A stretch of DNA of 64,000 nt from an uncultured Nitrospiraceae bacterium (GCA_963705105.1 CAVPIW010000006.1:576001-640000), one strand, 5' to 3'. Shown: positions 47,767 to 59,133, counted from the stretch's first letter. The notes: generated by a model not told the origin, from the sequence alone. Made by a program: numbers and translations.

Positions 47767-48245
47767 ATGAACGCGTTCTCGCGAAGCCTCAGTGGTGAAA
47801 TTCGAAGTCTGCCGTGGCAAGACCGGAATTCTCAGGCAGTGCCATCGGCCTGAGTTCGAGTGGCACTACAGAACACACTGTCGATCTCTTCTTCAACAGT
47901 CCTGCTGGATACAGAGCGCAGTATCTTGCCGATCCCGACGAAGGACAAAAACAGAATGCGAAGCTGATCGCCTCCCTCGCAGATCGGCTGATCTCCTACG
48001 CGGGGGCGCACCGACAAGATCCCCATGTCCGTCGATCGCGTCCGCCTGGCACTTCAACTTGTTCGGCCAAAGTCTGGTGCCTGAGGCATCCTTGCCTTCA
48101 ACCACCAACTCATGAAGATATAGTAGTTCCGCTATGGTGTCGCAATGCACTCGCTGCCCTCGATGCTTTGCGCGTGGAACTCGCCCTGATCCGGAACAAC
48201 AAGAAAAAGCAATTGGGGTCTACGTGCATCTCGAGCCAGCAATGA
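47767..48245 (+). pseudogene. frameshifted cassette-like hypothetical ORF
   Basis: Protein-like segment TVDLFFNSPAGYRAQYLADPDEGQKQNAKLIASLADRLISYA downstream of an attC-like site. Confidence 0.4.
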
Positions 48246-48417
48246 AGTGAAGGGCGCCCCAGAGACGAGAGAGAGGAAGACGGCCAAGAGACAAGATCTG
48301 TCGACGCCAGGACATCCACAGACGGAACGCATAGCTGGCCAACGGGAGGGACGTGATCCAGCCCCCCCACAACACCCACCATGCGCAAAGAGAGCAAAAG
48401 GGACAACCCCCTATATA

Positions 48418-48586
48418 GACCGATCCTGCCTGGAGAGTATACAAGCGAGAAGGAGGAAATCCACAGGCTCACGGAGATGATGAACGAACCATGGAGGATG
48501 TCGTACGCAGATACCCGGAGCAGTATCTCTGGATGCACAACCGGTGGAAGACTTACGAGAAAAGACGGGCGAGACCGGCAGGCGCA
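48418..48586 (+). repeat. diverged direct copy of acyltransferase 3' end (39542-39712)
   Basis: By-eye alignment: about 18 substitutions (mostly synonymous) and 2 single-base deletions over about 170 nt. Confidence 0.9.
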
Positions 48587-48703
48587 TCATCGTTGGAAAT
48601 AAAGTGTGATAGGAGCATGATATGTGTTTGGATTGTATTAAGGGATAATAATGTTGAGAAAGGTGACGAGTTGTTCTGAAGACATAATCTTGAGTAGAAA
48701 AGC

Positions 48704-48780
<77 letters not shown>

Positions 48781-48855
48781 TATGAGTGCCGGTAAATATG
48801 TGTCCGGCAATGGTAGAAAGGAAGGGTTAAGAGATGTTGTGGTATCTTGTAAATA

Positions 48856-49109
48856 ATGGGAGTGATGAATGTGAAGCCAAAGGCAAGACAACATGCGGTG
48901 AGGAAGAACGGTAAAAATTATCCGGGCGATGCTGGCTACGAAAATCGGTCGCTGACCGATATTTACACGGAACTGACAGACGAATATATAGCAGGCACAA
49001 GGAAACCATGGAACTGCTCCAAATTCCCGGATTTCTGGAAGAGTGCAAGGAGGGTCTCAAGGAAATAAAGGCTGGCAGGGGGAAGAAACTGAGTGCTTTG
49101 GCAAGTTAG
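48856..49109 (+). pseudogene. antitoxin of RelBE-like pair (frameshifted)
   Basis: C-terminal ETMELLQIPGFLEECKEGLKEIKAGRGKKLS in a shifted frame; directly upstream of the RelE. Confidence 0.55.
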
Positions 49110-49360
49110 ACTTCCTCAACGGCTGAGAAGTATTATGACAGCCTGACGAAGCAAATAAGGCACCGTGTAAGAAAAGGACTACGGAGTTATCTGGTATGGA
49201 AAATCCGATGGAACATCAGTCAGTGAAGCGCCTGACAGGCGACCTTCAGGGATTTTACCGACTCAGGGTCGGCAAGTACCGCATCGTTTTCGCCATAGTC
49301 GGGGAAACCCGGACAATTGCAGTGGTGAACATTGCGCCACGCGGTGATATATATAAGTAG
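49100..49360 (+). pseudogene. RelE/ParE toxin (frameshifted; boundaries approximate)
   Basis: AEKYYDSL...VKRLTGDLQGFYRLRVGKYRIVF...VNIAPRGDIYK*. Confidence 0.75.
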
Positions 49361-49484
49361 TATTCTCAGGGGCCATGGGATAGAGAATTTGGACAGATTG
49401 AACAAAATATACGGAAAGGCAAACTGAGTGCTTTGCTCCTGTATGCCTGCTAGTATGACAAAAGACAAATTAGAAATGACGGCG

Positions 49485-49572
49485 GCATAACAACGCCTGA
49501 AGCCCGGACGCGGAATAAACCCGGCACGTTTTTTATTTTTCCTGATTGTACGCGCGGTTGAGGCTGTTACGA
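49485..49572 (+). other. degenerate attC-like site
   Basis: GCATAACAACGCCT...CGGACGCG ... CGCGCGGTTGAGGCTGTTACG. Confidence 0.5.
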
Positions 49573-49600
49573 GAATGAGATAGGGGGATGGAAGACGAAG

Positions 49601-50107
49601 ATGACCTGTGAACTCCTGTTATACGTGGGCCGGTGCCTCAATGACGGCCTGGGCGAGGGGAGATTCTATCCCGACAGGGACGATCCCTATGCAAAAAAAC
49701 GGGTCTACGACGGCCTCCGGATCATCCGGACATACCTGAAGGCGCCGTTCAGTCAAACACTCATCGTCGACTCCAACGACCTTGTCAGCACCAACGATGA
49801 GGCGGAGTCCCTGATCGATTACGCCCGCAAGCATTTCCCGAACGTAAAAGAGGTCATCGAGCCGCACAACAACATGCACGGCCGCATCATCTTCGCCCGA
49901 AAAATCGTCTTTGAAAACTGCTGCGCATCCGACTCCCAAAGAATCATCGACACGATGAAGAAGTCCGGGCACAAGCCGAGAGGGTATCTCCGGAAGGAGG
50001 AATCGATCCGAAAGACTTACACCGTCGAGCCGTTCATCACTATCCACCTGCGTGAGCTCGAAGGGCAGATCGACAACTACTGGCGTAACGCCCTCAGGTT
50101 CTCATAG
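49601..50107 (+). CDS. hypothetical protein
   Basis: 168-aa intact ORF with host-like codon usage; no family recognised. Confidence 0.6.
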   Translation: MTCELLLYVGRCLNDGLGEGRFYPDRDDPYAKKRVYDGLRIIRTYLKAPFSQTLIVDSNDLVSTNDEAESLIDYARKHFPNVKEVIEPHNNMHGRIIFARKIVFENCCASDSQRIIDTMKKSGHKPRGYLRKEESIRKTYTVEPFITIHLRELEGQIDNYWRNALRFS

Positions 50108-50173
50108 CCGCCCCGAATGGGCCGAATACCCTCCTTTCGCTGCCACTCACACTATCGTTGCATGCCATCCTTT

Positions 50174-50334
50174 GACGGCTTCACAAAAAAGTCGTCATAC
50201 CCGCGAAGCTTGTCCCTGCGGACAGTAAGCGGGGAGCGGGTATCCAAACTACAAGAAAATACTTCAAAGCACTGGATTCCCGTCTGCACGGGAATGACGG
50301 ACAAGTGCTTTACTGGCCGCTTTACGAGGTCGTC
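50174..50334. mobile_element. MITE (161 bp) with 7-bp TSD ATCCTTT
   Basis: Imperfect TIR GACGGCTTCACAAAA vs reverse complement GACGACCTCGTAAAG; ATCCTTT at 50167-50173 and 50335-50341; internal GTCATACCCG...CGGGAATGAC palindrome. Confidence 0.7.
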
Positions 50335-50373
50335 ATCCTTTCACTGACACTCACACTGACACTGACACTATTC

Positions 50374-51240
50374 TTATCCCGTCATCTGCCTGATATCGTC
50401 GAGCTTCCAGTCGAGCCCTTTGCCTTTGAAGGCCCAGTATTCACGGGCATCCACAGGGGTGTCTTTCGAGCCTTCGACGACGGCGTTGTTCTTATCGACC
50501 GTGTAATCACGCATCAGCACGTCGAGAAGGACCACGACGACTTTGCCGTCCCCCTCATCGCTGACCTCCACGACATCAACATTCTGGAAGTGGACGATTT
50601 CGACGACGTTCCGCAATCCCTGAGAACGTAACTCATCCATTTGTTTCGACAGGTACTCGTACATCCTGTCCGTGATGAGGTGCCTGACGGGATTGAGATC
50701 GCCCTGGGACCAGGAGTCCTGCAGGGTCTTGTAAGTGTTCCGGGTAAGATCCTTGACGTACTCCTCGTTGATGCCGCTAACAGGCGCTGCAGCCGTTTCG
50801 TGCGCCTGCGGCTGCTCCATTCCCGGCGAGGTCATCGTCGTCCCTGCGTACTGCATGCCCGCATTCGCCCGCCTTCGCGAGAATGCCCGGTAGATGAAAA
50901 AGAGGAGGCCGCCGATGATGAGAATGTCCAGAAGACCCGGTGTGCCGAAGTTCATACCATGACCCATAAACAGGGAAAGTAGACCGCCTATAAGGAGACC
51001 ACCGGCGAGCGTCTTGAAAAGGGGGCTGCTGAAGAAGGACGGCCGTGCCTGCTGCTGCAGAGGCGGTTGGGTTTGCTGCTGCTGCGGTGTTTTGGTGACG
51101 GAATCCTGGCTTCTGCTGGGCTGGGATTTATAGGACCTGAAACCTGAAGACCTTCCTCCGCCGACGCGGGCGAAGGATTCCGTTGCCGCAAAAGCGAACA
51201 AAGTGAAGATCGAAATGAAGATGAGAGCCTTTTTCATCAA
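50374..51240 (-). CDS. Tim44-like domain protein
   Basis: Signal peptide, RVGGGRSSG, GGLLIGGLL TM region, LQDSW, EYWAF...WKLDDIRQ. Confidence 0.88.
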   Translation of the reverse strand: MMKKALIFISIFTLFAFAATESFARVGGGRSSGFRSYKSQPSRSQDSVTKTPQQQQTQPPLQQQARPSFFSSPLFKTLAGGLLIGGLLSLFMGHGMNFGTPGLLDILIIGGLLFFIYRAFSRRRANAGMQYAGTTMTSPGMEQPQAHETAAAPVSGINEEYVKDLTRNTYKTLQDSWSQGDLNPVRHLITDRMYEYLSKQMDELRSQGLRNVVEIVHFQNVDVVEVSDEGDGKVVVVLLDVLMRDYTVDKNNAVVEGSKDTPVDAREYWAFKGKGLDWKLDDIRQMTG

Positions 51241-51315
51241 ACCTCCGTGGATGTTGTGTTTTGGTTTATTATTATAACCCGTGCAGGACAGGAGATGCTT
51301 GCCCCTCCCTGACAG

Positions 51316-52107
51316 TCACCGCTCATACAGGTCCGGCCTCCTGTCGGCGAAGAGATCGTTGAGAGGATTGAGCGCCTTGTTCCGCGAGACGGAGGGATCG
51401 ATGTCCGCAATGAGGAGCGATTCCCCATCTCCCGGCGCGCGCACGAGCACCTCAGCCCTCGGTGAAGCGACCTGGCTCTGACCGATGAAGGTGAGCGTCT
51501 CATCCGGTATTCTCGCCTCCGTCCCGATCCTGTTCGCCGTGACCGCAAAGACCCTGTTTTCGAGGCACCGCGTCGGCATCGCCTGGGGGCAGTAAGGCAG
51601 AACGAGATTCGAGGGATGGGCAATGACATCGGCGCCCCTCAGGGCCAGGGTGCGCATGGACTCGGGAAAGAACCAGTCGAAGCATATCATGACGCCGATC
51701 CGGCCGATCCCTGTCTGCCAGACCCTGAATCCGGTGTCGCCCGGCGCAAAGAAGAGTTTTTCCCGCGAAAAGAGGTGCGTCTTCCGGTAAAGGCCGATGA
51801 AACCATCCGGGCCTGTGAGAACAGCGGAGTTGAAAAATGTGTTTCCATCCCGCTCGGGCAGACCGGCAACGAGATAAATTCCCCGTTGCCGGGACTGTTC
51901 GGACAGGAAATCCGTGGTCCTGCCGACCGGCACTGGTTCAGCGAGTTCTGCGACCTCCTCCTGCGTCGCGAACTGGTATCCCGTGGCGAAAAACTCGGGG
52001 AGTACGATGAGGTCCGCATCGGCATCTCTCAATGCCGCCGCGACTTTCCCGAGGTTGTCCTCCTTCTTTCCGAAGATGACGTCAAACTGATAGAAACCGG
52101 CTTTCAT
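51316..52107 (-). CDS. carbon-nitrogen hydrolase (nitrilase superfamily)
   Basis: VLPE, YRKTHL, ICFDWFFPE (Glu-Lys-Cys triad). Confidence 0.92.
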   Translation of the reverse strand: MKAGFYQFDVIFGKKEDNLGKVAAALRDADADLIVLPEFFATGYQFATQEEVAELAEPVPVGRTTDFLSEQSRQRGIYLVAGLPERDGNTFFNSAVLTGPDGFIGLYRKTHLFSREKLFFAPGDTGFRVWQTGIGRIGVMICFDWFFPESMRTLALRGADVIAHPSNLVLPYCPQAMPTRCLENRVFAVTANRIGTEARIPDETLTFIGQSQVASPRAEVLVRAPGDGESLLIADIDPSVSRNKALNPLNDLFADRRPDLYER

Positions 52108-52787
52108 TGCAGATTCTCCCTCTTCAAATTCTTCATGATGTATGTCATCGTGCGTGACGTTCTGAACGGCGTTTCGCCGTTCCTCTCAACAAGGTCCGCG
52201 AGGTCCCGGGCGGTATCGACGTCACCCCAGGCCGGGAGCGTATGGACACTCTTTCCCAATCTCACGAACACCTCCATTGTCCTGCTGTAAACATCGGCCG
52301 CCCCCCAGGGCATGTCATAGAAAATATCCGGGATAAAAGATGTCTTCCCGAAGCCGATGAGATAATACCCTCCGTCCCGGGCCGGACCGAGAACGGCATC
52401 ATGTGTTTTCACCGCCGAGAATGCCTCATGAATAACATCAGGAGGCAGGTCGGGGATGTCCGTGCCGATGAGGAGAGCCTCCCCGTATCCCCTTTCGAAG
52501 GCATCTTCGAATGCCAGACTCATGCGTTCACCAAGATCGCCGCCCTTCTGAGGTACATACTCATATGCCGGACCCAGCCAGGCCTTCATGTCGTCCAGGG
52601 TCTCCGGCGGAAATGCATGGATGGACACAGGAAAGTCGCCTTCCGAAAGGGTGTCCAGGAAGTCGAGGACGAAACACTCATAGAGGCAGAGAGCCGCTTC
52701 GTCACCGATTGCAGCGGCAAGCCGCGACTTCACCCCCCCCTTTACGGGCTTTTTCACGAAAACGATGACACATTGCGACGTGTTCAA
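52104..52787 (-). CDS. TIGR04282/DUF2064-like glycosyltransferase-related protein
   Basis: FVKKPVKGGVKSRLA, QKGGDLGERM, IGTDIP, LGPARDGGYYLIG, DVDT; TTG start with GGTGG RBS. Confidence 0.88.
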   Translation of the reverse strand: MNTSQCVIVFVKKPVKGGVKSRLAAAIGDEAALCLYECFVLDFLDTLSEGDFPVSIHAFPPETLDDMKAWLGPAYEYVPQKGGDLGERMSLAFEDAFERGYGEALLIGTDIPDLPPDVIHEAFSAVKTHDAVLGPARDGGYYLIGFGKTSFIPDIFYDMPWGAADVYSRTMEVFVRLGKSVHTLPAWGDVDTARDLADLVERNGETPFRTSRTMTYIMKNLKRENLQ

Positions 52788-52810
52788 GCTATCACCACCT
52801 TCCAGGCGTA

Positions 52811-53203
52811 TGAAAGGGCGGGCGTATGCGCTGAAAAGCCTCGGTGCTGCGAAACCTTTGCCTTCCCGTACAGACTGTTTCGGGCCGGCGGCTGAAAAAA
52901 AGTGAACCTTTCCTGCTGACACTCACACTGTCAGTGACACTGTTTATCAGAGTGCTTCGTGCCGCCCTTTCACGCAATGACAAGGTTAACCTTATCGTTG
53001 CAATACACTCCCGGGAAAGGCGGGGTGTATGCGCCGAAAACCTTGCTGCGGCGACACCTGTATCAAAACGAAAGATGAACTGTTCGCCAATGGTCGATGA
53101 CACAAAGAGCGGAATCCTGAAACACGAAGCTGACAATGCGTATCGTCGCCTTCAGCAATGCTTTGAGGCGCTTCGCCCCGCCCTTTCACGCAATGACAAG
53201 GTT
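52811..53203. repeat. two tandem family A copies joined at AAGGTT|AACCTT
   Basis: Second copy 52988-53203 has termini AACCTTATCGTTGC / GCAATGACAAGGTT. Confidence 0.85.
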
Positions 53204-53209
53204 AACCTT

Positions 53210-53932
53210 CTACCGGTACACCTCGATGAAATCGACGAAGGAGACCGCCTTCTCGCCGGTGTTATCCGAATCGCTCATGATGGCGATGCTCGCCTTGACC
53301 GGAGGGTCGTCACCGAAGGCCTTCCGATAATCGTCCAGGACATTGACGTCCTCTGTGACCCATTGACCCACCCTTTTCGCTCCTCTTTCGATCATGATCA
53401 GCTTTGCCCGGTCAGTATAGGGGCTCGTGATGACCCGGTCACCGCCGTCCCTGCTGCTCCACACATAGTTCAGCGTGCTGTGAGGAGGATATTCGCCGTA
53501 GATGCTCTTGCCCAGTTCGTATTTCACCTTATCAAGGAACCCGGCCTTGTCCGGATCATAGGCAAAGATGATGTAGACGCGGATCGGGTAATCGTCCCCC
53601 TCTTTTGTCGTCGGGTCCGCTTTCGCATAGACATTGTTCACCTTCCATCGCCATCGCGCCTTCGGGTAATCAAAAACATTATAGGTGCCCTGGTAGACGA
53701 GGCCCGACGCCGAGGCGTCGCTCTCGGCCCTCAGGTGGCTCTCCCCTGCGGACGTCTCGATCGTGTATGACGTATGCTTCTTGATCTTCGGGAAATAGAG
53801 GGGTTTCCAGCGGTCAAGATTCCCGAAGTCCTCGCGAAACAGGGTGTCAGCCGCCGGCAACGGCATTGCACAAGCAAGAAGAACCGCAATGACCGCGAGA
53901 ACGATGACGGATCTGACACCCTTGTTCGTCAT
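53210..53932 (-). CDS. DUF3047 family exported protein
   Basis: Signal peptide; ASASGL, WRWKV, GDDYPIRVY, LNYVW, DYRKAFG, MSDSDNTG. Confidence 0.88.
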   Translation of the reverse strand: MTNKGVRSVIVLAVIAVLLACAMPLPAADTLFREDFGNLDRWKPLYFPKIKKHTSYTIETSAGESHLRAESDASASGLVYQGTYNVFDYPKARWRWKVNNVYAKADPTTKEGDDYPIRVYIIFAYDPDKAGFLDKVKYELGKSIYGEYPPHSTLNYVWSSRDGGDRVITSPYTDRAKLIMIERGAKRVGQWVTEDVNVLDDYRKAFGDDPPVKASIAIMSDSDNTGEKAVSFVDFIEVYR

Positions 53933-54018
53933 ATGACCTCCCGACAAATAAGGGGCGGAAATACCTTCCGCCCCCGTGTAATCTCGAGACCCGACGGGCC
54001 TCAGCAGGACTGGGAGGT

Positions 54019-54201
54019 TCAGGTACCCCCCCTGATGAAACCGAAAAGACCAAAGGTGCTGTCCAGGTTGAATGCCATGACATTCGTGTTTCCGCAGTGG
54101 GGACACACCTTTTCCCCTGTATAGTCCTCACTTTCGGGCTCGACAAACTCGAACCTCCTGTCGCAGGCGAGGCAGACGCATTCAAACGTTGCCATCCTCA
54201 T
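54019..54201 (-). CDS. FmdB-type zinc ribbon protein
   Basis: MATFECVCLACDRRFE...CPHCG. Confidence 0.8.
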   Translation of the reverse strand: MRMATFECVCLACDRRFEFVEPESEDYTGEKVCPHCGNTNVMAFNLDSTFGLFGFIRGGT

Positions 54202-54233
54202 TCACCTCCTGATAGAAAAATCCGTCTCTCTCA

Positions 54234-54491
54234 TTATCGTACCATACCGAGTCTTTCTGAATCTTCGTCCTTCCGGATTTTCGGCCGCAAGCCGAGGGCG
54301 TGCAGGATGTTCGCCATGACGCAGAAACCCGTGACGCCGAAGATGATGAGATTTACCCCCACAAGGACCGTCAGGATGAGCCAGTATGTGCTGTGAAAGA
54401 GGGTCAGCAGTGCGCTCGACAGGGTAAAGATCCCCGCAATGAGCCAGATAACCCTCTCAAGGTACCAACTGTCAGTGTTTGCCCGATACAC
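54234..54491 (-). CDS. DUF2892 (YgaP-like) membrane protein
   Basis: LER..W.IAG...VGVNL...GVTGFC. Confidence 0.85.
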   Translation of the reverse strand: MYRANTDSWYLERVIWLIAGIFTLSSALLTLFHSTYWLILTVLVGVNLIIFGVTGFCVMANILHALGLRPKIRKDEDSERLGMVR

Positions 54492-54509
54492 GATCTGAAA
54501 ACCTCCTTT

Positions 54510-57500
54510 TTATCTCTGCATATCCCGTCGCTTATACATGAAATAGAGCACTGGCACCATCGTCCTCGACAGGAGCGTCGAGGCCACCTCTCCCGCCATG
54601 AGCGATATCGCCATGCCCTGGAAGATCGGGTCGAAGAGGATGACCGACGAGCCGACGACGACGGCGGCGGCGGTCAGCAGCATGGGCCTGAACCGGATGA
54701 TGCCCGCCTGCACGACAGCCTCATCGAGGGGCACGCCCTCTGCAAGCTGCAGCTCGATGAAGTCGACGAGGATGATGGAGTTCCTGACGACGATGCCGGC
54801 CCCGGCAATGAACCCGATCATCGACGTGGCGGTGAAGAAGGCGCCCATAACGGCATGTCCCGGAAGTATCCCGATGAGGGAGAACGGTATGGGGGCCATG
54901 ATCACCAGGGGGACGACGAAGGACCGGAACCACCCGACGACCATGACGTAGATGAGGACCATGACGGCGCCGAAGGCGATGCCGAGGTCCCGAAAGACTT
55001 CATAGGTGATGTGCCATTCGCCGTCCCATTTCATGGCATAGCGGTCCTCAAGCCAGGGCTGGACGGACGAGTACTGCGCGAGATCATATCCCTCGGGCAG
55101 CTTCATCCGCCCGATCGTCTTTTTCATCTTGAGGATCACGTACACGGGGCTCTCTTCGGAGCCGGCGACGTCTCCCGTCACATAGACCACGCGCTTCAGG
55201 TTCTTCCGGTAGATCGTCTTGTCCTCGACGGTCGTCTTCTCCTTCACGAGTGCTGCGAGGGGTATGACCTGCCCTGACAGGGACTGAACGGGGATGTCCC
55301 TGAGGTCCGAAAGGGACGACCTCTCCGTAAGGGGCGTCCTCAGGAAGAGCTCGACAGGCTCCTTGTCTTTTTCCATATGGACGAGACCTGCCGTCATGCC
55401 GCTCAGGGAGGCCTGGAGCGTCTGCGACACCGCTTCCGCGCTCACACCGTGATACGCCGCCTTTTCACGGTCCACGGCAAAGGTCACCTTCGGCTGGTCA
55501 TCCTCCACATACCAGTCCACATCGACCACACCGGGGGTCTGCTCGAAGATGCCCCTGATGTCCCTGGCGATGGCGATCTGCCTCTCAAAGTCCGGTCCGT
55601 ACACCTCGGCCACAAGGGTGCTCAGCACCGGCGGACCGGGAGGGATCTCGACCACCTTGACCGCAGCGCCGTGCCGGTCACCGATTCGCTTGATCTCGGG
55701 CCTCAGGCGCTTCGCAATGTCGTGACTCTGGGCCTTCCGCTCCCCCTTGGACACGAAATTGACCTGGATATCGCCCACATTTCCGCCGAAACGCATGAAA
55801 TAGTGCCGCACGAGACCATTAAAGTTGAACGGCGCCGCCGTGCCGTTGTAGACCTGGTAGTGGACGACTTCCGGCACCGACTTCAGGTATTCGGCGATCT
55901 CCCGGGTGACGGCGGAAGTCTTTTCAAGGGGTCGTCCCCTCGGGCATATCGATGATCACCTGGAGCTCGCTCTTGTTGTCGAAGGGCAGCATCTTCACCG
56001 TCACGAGCTTCAGTGGAACAAAGGCGGCGGCCGCGCTGAGGAGAAGAACAACGAGAGCGATAAAGAGGATTCTTTTTCTGCCGCTGCCGAGCAGCCCCCT
56101 CAGGTTCCGTTCGTAGAGGTGATTGAGGGCCGTCATGATCCTGCCTTCGGCCTGTTCCTCCCCGCCTGCGGACTTCGTCCCCCTCAGGACCCGGTAGCTC
56201 AGCCAGGGACTGATGATGAAGGCGATGAGGAGCGAGATGAGCATCGCAGCCGATGCACCGACGGGGATAGGCCTCATGTAGGGTCCCATGAGACCGGACA
56301 CGAAGGCCATGGGGAGCAGCGCGGCGATGACCGTAAAGGTCGCCAGGATCGTGGGATTGCCGACCTCGTCGACGGCCGAGACGGCCGTATCGATATCCAC
56401 CTTTCCCATCCTGAAATGGCGGTGGATGTTTTCGACGACGACGATGGCATCATCGACGAGTATGCCGATCGAGAAGATGAGAGCAAAGAGGGTCACCCTG
56501 TTGAGGGTGTAACCGTAGAGGTAGTTGACGAAGATCGTGAGCGCCAGGGTCACCGGCACGGCGACGGCCACGACGATCGCTTCCTTCCAGCCCAGGGCAA
56601 TGGCAATAAGGATGGAGACAGATATGGCGGCGATGAACATGTGCTCGAGCAGTTCGTCGGACTTCTCCTTCGCCGTGTCGCCGTAGTTCCTCGTCGTGGT
56701 GACCTGCACGTCACCGGGGATGAGCGTTCCCCTGAGCGCCTCAAGCTTGCCGATCGTCCTTTCCGCGATATGAGTGGCGTTCGTTCCCTTCTTCTTCGAG
56801 ATCGAGACGGTGACGGCCTCGTGGAGCATGCCCTCTGAGCCCTTCATTGCCGGCCCGAATCCCATGAAGACGGTGCCTGCCGGTTCCTCCGGTCCGTCGG
56901 TGATGCGGGCCACGTCCCTGAGATAGACCGGCTTGTTGTTCGCAACGCCGACGACAACGCGGCCGGCCTCTGCGGCGTCGCTCAATTTCGCCCCCGCGTC
57001 CACGACAAACTCCCTGTTGCCCGACTGGAATGCCCCTGATGAGAGAAGGGCGTTCGACGACCTGATCGCGCCGGCGACCTGCAGGGGAGACACTGAATAT
57101 GCCGTGAGACGTGCCGGATCGAGGTCGATGCGCACCTGCCTGCGCTGGCCGCCGATGACCTGGAATTCGGCGATGTCGGCGTCTTTCTTCAGTTCATCGC
57201 AGAGTTCCATCGCGACCCGCCGGAGCTCATAGCCGCTGTAACGGCCGCTCCACAGGGTGAAGGCGAGGATCGGCACGTCGTCGATCGATTTCGGCTTCAC
57301 GAAAGGCTGGGAGACGCCGGGAGGGATCTTGTCGTAATTGGACATGAGCTTGTTGTAAAGCTTGACGAGGCTGTCCTCCATATTCTCGCCGACGTAGAAC
57401 CGGACTATGGCCATGCTGCTGCCGGGCCGCGAGATGGTGTAGACATACTCGACACCCTTGATCTCCCACAGGAACTTCTCCATCGGTTTCGTCACCCTCT

Positions 57501-57696
57501 CCTCCACCTCTTTGGCCGAGGCTCCGGGATAGGTCACGAAGACGTCCACCATGGGAACGACAATCTGGGGCTCCTCTTCACGGGGGGTGACGATGAGGGC
57601 GAAGACACCGCATATGAGCGCGGCGATCACAACGAGGGGCGTGAGCTTCGAATCGATGAAGGCCCGCGCGATTTTGCCTGCGATGCCTGTTGTCAC
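54510..57696 (-). pseudogene. RND efflux permease (AcrB family), split by a +1 frameshift at about 55930
   Basis: ORFs 55924-57696 and 54510-55877 join as EGTTLEKTSAV if one C of ACCCCTTG is removed; [14 protein letters not shown] and RFRPMLLT motifs. Confidence 0.88.
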
Positions 57697-57702
57697 TGTT
57701 TT

Positions 57703-57987
57703 ACCCTTGCAGTTGCACGGAAAGGCGGGACAAAGTGCCTCAAATCCTTGCTGATAGCAAGCCTCTCCCCGGAAAGGCAGATATGATTCAAAGCCTTTCC
57801 AATGCGATGATGAGACTTTTTCAGGTGTTCATCGCCTGTTGCCTGACGGGCGCTTGGCATCAACAGACACGGCAAAGGGTGGTCCGGTGATGAATAAGGT
57901 ATCTTAGAGGAAAGGCTTTTCACCACATCAGCCTTCCCGTCGTACCGACTGGTCACTGTTTTCTGCCATCTTCGCCCCGCCTTTCCG
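57703..57987. repeat. family A arms enclosing an inverted family B core
   Basis: CGGAAAGGCGGGACAAAG ... CTTCGCCCCGCCTTTCCG inverted arms; interior is the reverse complement of 10575-10750. Confidence 0.8.
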
Positions 57988-57993
57988 AAGATC

Positions 57994-59133
57994 CTATTTC
58001 GGCAATGAAGTCACGATGCCGCCGTCAACGGCCTTTTCCACGCCGCCGGCGATGATCTTCTCACCCGGATTGAGTCCCGAGAGCACTTCCGTCATGCCCT
58101 CGCGGCCTTTGCCCTTCCTGATCAGCCGGTACGTGACGATCCCCTTGTCATCGACGGCATAGACCCCGGTGAGCTGTCCCTTCTCGACGACGGCCCCGTC
58201 GGGGACGACGATCGCTTCCCGTCTGCCGTCGGGTATGAGGACCCTCGCATAGAGCCCGGTCTTCAGCGCAGGGCCCTTTACGCCGATCTTGACGAGAAAA
58301 GATCGCGACAGGGGATCGACGGCGGGGACGACCTCGTCGATGCGGCCGCTCATGCGGGCGTTGAGGGCGTCGATGGATATTTGAACGGGCATGCCCTTTT
58401 TGAGCTTCCCTGAGAAGCGCTCGTCCACCCTCGCTTCGAGGAGATACGATGACGGGTCCTCGACGGTGAGCAGTCCGGCGCCCGGCAGGGCCATACTTCC
58501 CCGGTCAATCCTCTTTTCCGTCACGACGCCGTCAAAGGGAGCCGTGACACGGGCATGGCCGAGATGGACCCGGGCCTCGGCAACCTGTGCCTTCATCCTG
58601 TGCACCCCTTCCAATGCGCGCTCGTATTCCAGGGCCGCGATTGTCCGGCGCGTCTCGATTTCGTCGAGTTCCTGCTGCGTCAGCGCCTTGCCGTCGTACA
58701 GCTTCTTATACCTCTCATATGTGGCCTCGGCAAGGTTCCTGTTCTGCTGCGCCGTCTCGAGGGCCTTCTGGGCTTCACGATGACCGGCTTCGGCGGCCGT
58801 CACCCGCTCGATCATGTCACGGTCGTCGATCGTTGCCAGGACCTGCCCCTTCCTGACCCTGTCACCCTCTTTGACGTGGATGTCCGTGACGGTCCCCGTG
58901 GTCCTGCTCGCTATGGCGCTGATCGTCCTCGCCCTGACCGTGCCCGTCGTCTCGTAATAGTCATCGACCGGCGCCGCCGTCACGGCGATGACCCGCACGT
59001 CGCGCACCTCGGGTCTCTTCACCTCCGCCGTGCCCGGCTTCACCTTGTCGCCGCAGCCCTGCAGCAGGGCCACAGCGAGAAAAACGAGAAAGACGATTCT
59101 CGACGGCATGTCATAAACTGTTCTGTTCCGCAA
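57994..59133 (-). CDS. RND membrane fusion protein (lipoprotein)
   Basis: LQGC lipobox, VKEGDRVRKGQ.L, APFDGVV, VLSGL. Confidence 0.92.
   Translation of the reverse strand: MRNRTVYDMPSRIVFLVFLAVALLQGCGDKVKPGTAEVKRPEVRDVRVIAVTAAPVDDYYETTGTVRARTISAIASRTTGTVTDIHVKEGDRVRKGQVLATIDDRDMIERVTAAEAGHREAQKALETAQQNRNLAEATYERYKKLYDGKALTQQELDEIETRRTIAALEYERALEGVHRMKAQVAEARVHLGHARVTAPFDGVVTEKRIDRGSMALPGAGLLTVEDPSSYLLEARVDERFSGKLKKGMPVQISIDALNARMSGRIDEVVPAVDPLSRSFLVKIGVKGPALKTGLYARVLIPDGRREAIVVPDGAVVEKGQLTGVYAVDDKGIVTYRLIRKGKGREGMTEVLSGLNPGEKIIAGGVEKAVDGGIVTSLPK

Noticed and set aside
39542..48586. Acyltransferase 3' duplicate as a diversity-generating retroelement TR/VR pair
   Set aside because: Differences are not adenine-specific (G/T, C/T, C/G also occur), are mostly synonymous, and no reverse transcriptase is present
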